Part shown: positions 59,971-64,000 of the stretch, in pieces
Numbering within the stretch: position 1 is the stretch's first letter
Layout: each line of letters begins with the position of its first letter
NCBI GenBank assembly: GCA_964016885.1
Contig: OZ024749.1
Coordinates: forward strand, 55,056,001-55,120,000
Reading direction: 5' to 3'
Length of the DNA stretch: 64,000 nucleotides
DNA from: Eledone cirrhosa
Taxonomy: Eukaryota
Translations under genes and position numbers: made by a program
Notes under the pieces: generated by a model
The model's database searches: none
Seen by the model: the letters and a program-made list of their open reading frames with translations, nothing else
What the model was told of the DNA's origin: nothing

Positions 59971-60403
59971 TGGAGGAGGTTATAGTTCACTTGAAGCAAT
60001 GTGTAATGAGGTATAAACGTTTGTATATGTATAATAAATCCAAAACAATGCAGGTATGGACAGAATAAAGAATGCAAATGGAAAAGATATTGTTGACAAT
60101 TAGTCTTTTACCTTAGATTTATTTAAATGTCCTTAATTTTCGAGATAATATCTCTTCTTCAGAGCGAAGTAAAGTTGTCAACCAGTGTTCTAAATAGCTT
60201 GCACAACTTGGCAAGCTATTTAGAACACTGGTTGACAACTTTACTTCGCTCTGAAGAAGAGATATTATCTCGAAAATTAAGGACATTTAAATAAATCTAA
60301 GGTAAAAGACTAATTGTCAACAATATCTTTTCCATTTGCATTCTTTATTCTATGTCCATACCAGCATTGTTTTGGCTTTATTATACATATACAGACGTTT
60401 ATA
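59971..60403. mobile_element. Long fold-back element with HHR-like motifs in both arms
   Basis: Arms 60012-60202 and 60211-60403 surround an 8-nt loop (acaacttg) and differ at only a few distal positions. The left arm has a ~40-nt extension to a TA run. Confidence 0.85.
60247..60284 (+). ncRNA. Hammerhead-like motif (extra-A variant), mirrored on the - strand at 60129-60166
   Basis: CTGAAGA-a-gagat(att)atctc-GAAA-atta. Stem II is clear but stem I is poor, so activity is doubtful. Confidence 0.45.
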
Positions 60404-60422
60404 TATATATATATATATATAC

Positions 60423-60469
<47 letters not shown>

Positions 60470-62064
60470 TTAGCGGTGGCACTAACATGACGTAATTCAT
60501 CATAGGACTGGATATTAAAGCACATACGGTTTGCTTATGTTTCATAAACATAACAGAATCTCAGTATGAGAGTGTTCAAAAGGCGGTGTTCATGTCACAG
60601 CTATCTCAGTCTCGTTGAAAATGCCAGACACCTGTTTATGGATTCATATATATATATATATATATATATGGGATAACATGTTTTCGCTTTAGGTAATCCA
60701 GTTAGAGGTTGGGAGTACTCTGTACTATGGATAGTTTTAACGTACGGCGTTGTTTGACTCAACAAGAATTTCCATGTAGGTCATTCTAGAAGTAATAGTA
60801 GTGAAACATGGTCGGCTGTACAAAAAGGGTTTTGTTTAATATTATTGTAAATAAAACCCTTTTTGTACCGATCATATTCTTCTTCACTCTTTCACTATAT
60901 ATATATATATATATATGGCCTTAGCTGGAAATTTATTTGTATAAAGTAAAAGAAAGGGTTTCAAACTTCACACCCTGTGTAGCATCTATTTAAAAAAAGG
61001 TAGTTTAAAAGGAATTAGAAATTGTATTTAAAAAAATAACAAGTCAAATACAAGCCACATTCCTGCGGTTGTCAAAACCTGTGCAAAGTTTGTCAAAATG
61101 AAAAAGAGTTTTATTATGGATTCTGTGTACAATGTTTACTGTATCAATCAAGCACACTTTAACTCTATCTATATACAGAAGAGAAAATCTATAGAGAAAG
61201 CCTAATCGAAAAAGATAAAAATAAAAAATAAAAAACACAATTAAGTGTTAATGGAACAAAAAATGCAGTATTTTCCTTCCTCTGAATAATAAGATTATAT
61301 CTTTAGAGCTGATGTTGGTTTCATTTTTCAAGCAAAATAGTTCGAGGGTTCGATCCACGAAGATAGTTATTTCTAACTATCCTGCAGGATTATTCTAAAT
61401 TGATGTTACTCTGAAGTGAAAAGATAGAACAAGCCTTCTACTACTGGAGGTAATGAATGCTTATCTTTTCACGTAGAAAACTGTTTTGTTTTCTGCAGCC
61501 AGGTGTTTTGGATAGAGACAAAGATTCTTTATTTTTCAGATTTTTTTTCTTTTTTTGCGGGGGTTGATGCTTTTTTCTTTATTTTTTTATTATTTTGTCA
61601 GAATATAATAACTTATTCAAACATCCCTTTCAAGTAAAATAACAGTTTGAGATTTAAGTGATAAGGATAATTAAAGGATAGCAGTCACTGAATGTATATA
61701 TAGATGAACGTGAATCGGTTTCGAAGCTCTCAAACGGCAGAATAAGTTTCTAAATTTAAAACATGCTTCTCTTATGCAGTGAACGCTTAAATTATCTCAA
61801 TTCTCTATTGATTGTTTAGAGAGACGGAGAGGGTTTGCCCTCGCTCTCTGACTTCTCAGTTCAAATCCAGGTTTGTCCTATTATGGGTTTCAATTGTTTC
61901 AACCTCGAAAAATACACGTTTAGAGCTCTCTAGTTTTAATATCATTAATATTCCACAGGATCGATGGTACTAGGAGGTCCGTGTTTTTGCCCCGATGATT
62001 CACACGCTCCAGAAAAGGATAGAGATAGAGAGAGAATGGAAGTGAGAAAGAGATATTGAGGAAG

Positions 62065-62225
62065 AATCGACTTCAGTACTAGACTGGTACTTTTTATTCG
62101 GCGACCTTTAAAGGATGAAAGGCAAATTTTACCTCGGCAGGATTTGAACACTGAGAGTAGAAAGACGAATTGAATACCACAATGCATTCTATCGGAGGTT
62201 CTAACTATTCTCCCAATTCGCCGTC
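62065..62225 (-). mobile_element. Major SINE family copy (diverged)
   Basis: ctggtactttttattcggcgacctttaaaggatgaaaggcaaattttacctcggcaggatttgaac. Confidence 0.7.
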
Positions 62226-62519
62226 TAGTTTTAAATGTACACAGAGGCAGAAATATATAGCAAACAATCCATAGAATCATCGCCTGACAATAAAGGCCAC
62301 AACAACACCCACTTCAAAGTAGATATGAAACTGTCGATTTGATAAAAGCAAGCAAATTTGTTACACGATGAAATATACATTGCTAGGTGTAAGGGTAACA
62401 TCATTGCTTTTACAGAAATCCACAAGGGCGAGAGATCACTGATGTGTGAATTAGCTAGGCAGGTATCCATTAGATATGTATCTGATTGGCAGTCAGTGAG
62501 CAAGGAGATAAACCGAAAA

Positions 62520-62900
62520 TGATCTAGGAGTTGGGTGAAAAGAGGAATCATAGTAAAAGTTAATGGGATACAATTACGAGATAAGGAACTCATAAAACAA
62601 GTAGATAGAGAAAGCTATAAATATTTAGTTACAACAGGTTTAGATAAGATTTAGAAGAAAGAAAAACACCTCTAATATAAATCATATATTTAGGAACGAA
62701 TATATCGAAATGTTAAAATTAGGGCCTTAAATCTAAGTTAAATGACTATTAAAATAGGGGCTTTATCACTTTTCAGGTATATAATACAGAGTAGATTCTA
62801 AAATGGGACAAAGAAGTATTAATTCAGAGAGGGGAAAATCGAAAGTTATGTTCACATATGGAACATTAAAAGCAAGGTAGATGTTGTACAAAGTGAATAA
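62520..62900 (+). mobile_element. Decayed non-LTR RT thumb-region fragment (R4/Dong-like)
   Basis: NGIQLRDKELIKQVDRESYKYLVTTGLDKI resembles the YKYLG motif region and is followed by an LKSKLN-like segment. Confidence 0.45.
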
Positions 62901-63002
62901 TTAGGTGTGAACCGTGTATACAGAGTTAAGATTTCATGTTGAACGTTCCAAGTTTCAATCAGCCGAATGTTCAACTCGTTAAAGTAACATACATGTAAGT
63001 GG

Positions 63003-63057
<55 letters not shown>

Positions 63058-63194
63058 CGTTTTACATCTGCCTTCCCATGCTCTCGTCTATAGAGAGACA
63101 CGTGTACGACCCTTAACACAATTCTCAGACCGAATCCATTAAGTAGTGAGGTACAAATATTTATTTATTATCAATTCGTATTGGAGTGGTTCTA

Positions 63195-63705
63195 TGTTGG
63201 TGGTGGTGGTGGTGTCGTGTCGTGTTGGTGGTGTTGGTGTGGTGTCGTGGTGGTGTGGTGTCGTGTTGGTGGTGGTGGTATCGTGTTGTTGGTGTCGTGT
63301 TGGTGGTGGTGTGGTGTTGGTGATGGTGTCGTGTTGGTGGTGGTGTGGTGTTGGTGTGGTGTTGGTGGTGGTGTGGTGTTGGTGGTGGTGTCGTGTTGGT
63401 GTCGTGTTGGTGGTGGTGGTAGTGTCGTGTTGGTGGTGGTGTCGTATTGTTGGTGGTGGTGGTGGTGATAGTTGTTGTTGGTGGTGGTGGTGGTGATAGT
63501 TGTTGTTGGTGGTGATAGTTGTTGTTGTTGGTGGTGGTGGTGGTGATAGTTGTTGTTGTTGGTGGTGGTGGTGATAGTTGTTGTTGTTGTTGGTGGTGGT
63601 GGTGATAGTAGTTGTTGGTGGTGGTGGTGGTGGTGATAGTTGTTGTTGGTGGTGGTGGTGGTGGTGATAGTTGTTGTTGGTGGTGGTGGTGGTGGTGATA
63701 GTTGT
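63195..63705. repeat. (GGT/GTT)n array with two higher-order domains
   Basis: Units marked by 'gtcgtgtt' switch to units marked by 'gatagtt' near 63465. Confidence 0.9.
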
Positions 63706-64000
63706 TTGCATGGCGGTAGTGATGGAATCGGTTGAGACATAATTTGATAATGGTTATAGTGATGCTGCCAAAGTCTTGTGCTGATTATATAATAGTTGTA
63801 GTGTAATAGGTGTGGTGGTGGAGTGATGGTGGTTTGGGTATATGTTCGGGGTGGGGCTGGTCTTTGTGGTATGGGAGAGTGAAGGGGGAGAGTGAAGGTG
63901 CAGTGGTTGTGATCGTAATATTTGTGGAGGATTGTACTGTTAGAAGCAATGTTGTGGTGTTGTTGGTGGTGGCGATAGTAGTTCCAGTATTGATGTTGTT

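Overview
This is very AT-rich, microsatellite-saturated eukaryotic non-coding DNA (intergenic or deep intronic). The dominant SINE and the simple-repeat load resemble octopod cephalopod genomes; that assignment is from recall, not a database hit. I recognise no host-gene exon, and nearly all long ORFs in the track are translations of (TA)n, (CA)n, (ACC/ACT)n and (ATC)n arrays. Recognisable coding remnants are all transposon-derived: a 5'-truncated Penelope-like element (PLE) with a GIY-YIG ORF (13789-14418), an internally deleted hAT-Charlie-type transposon (53690-54534), decayed R4/Dong-like LINE pieces and an RTE-type 3' end. There are also a dozen or more SINE copies and two mariner-like MITEs. 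The most striking signal is a dense set of short, ORF-less elements sitting inside (TA)n arrays. They carry minimal type I hammerhead ribozyme (HHR) motifs, about 10 motifs from several unrelated sequence families. They repeatedly show a fold-back architecture in which the 3' end is copied in inverted orientation, and copy-private variants are mirrored in both arms. I interpret this as a (TA)n-targeted, ribozyme-bearing, non-autonomous PLE/retrozyme-like system that makes palindromes on insertion. All alignments were done by eye, so boundaries of diverged repeats are approximate.
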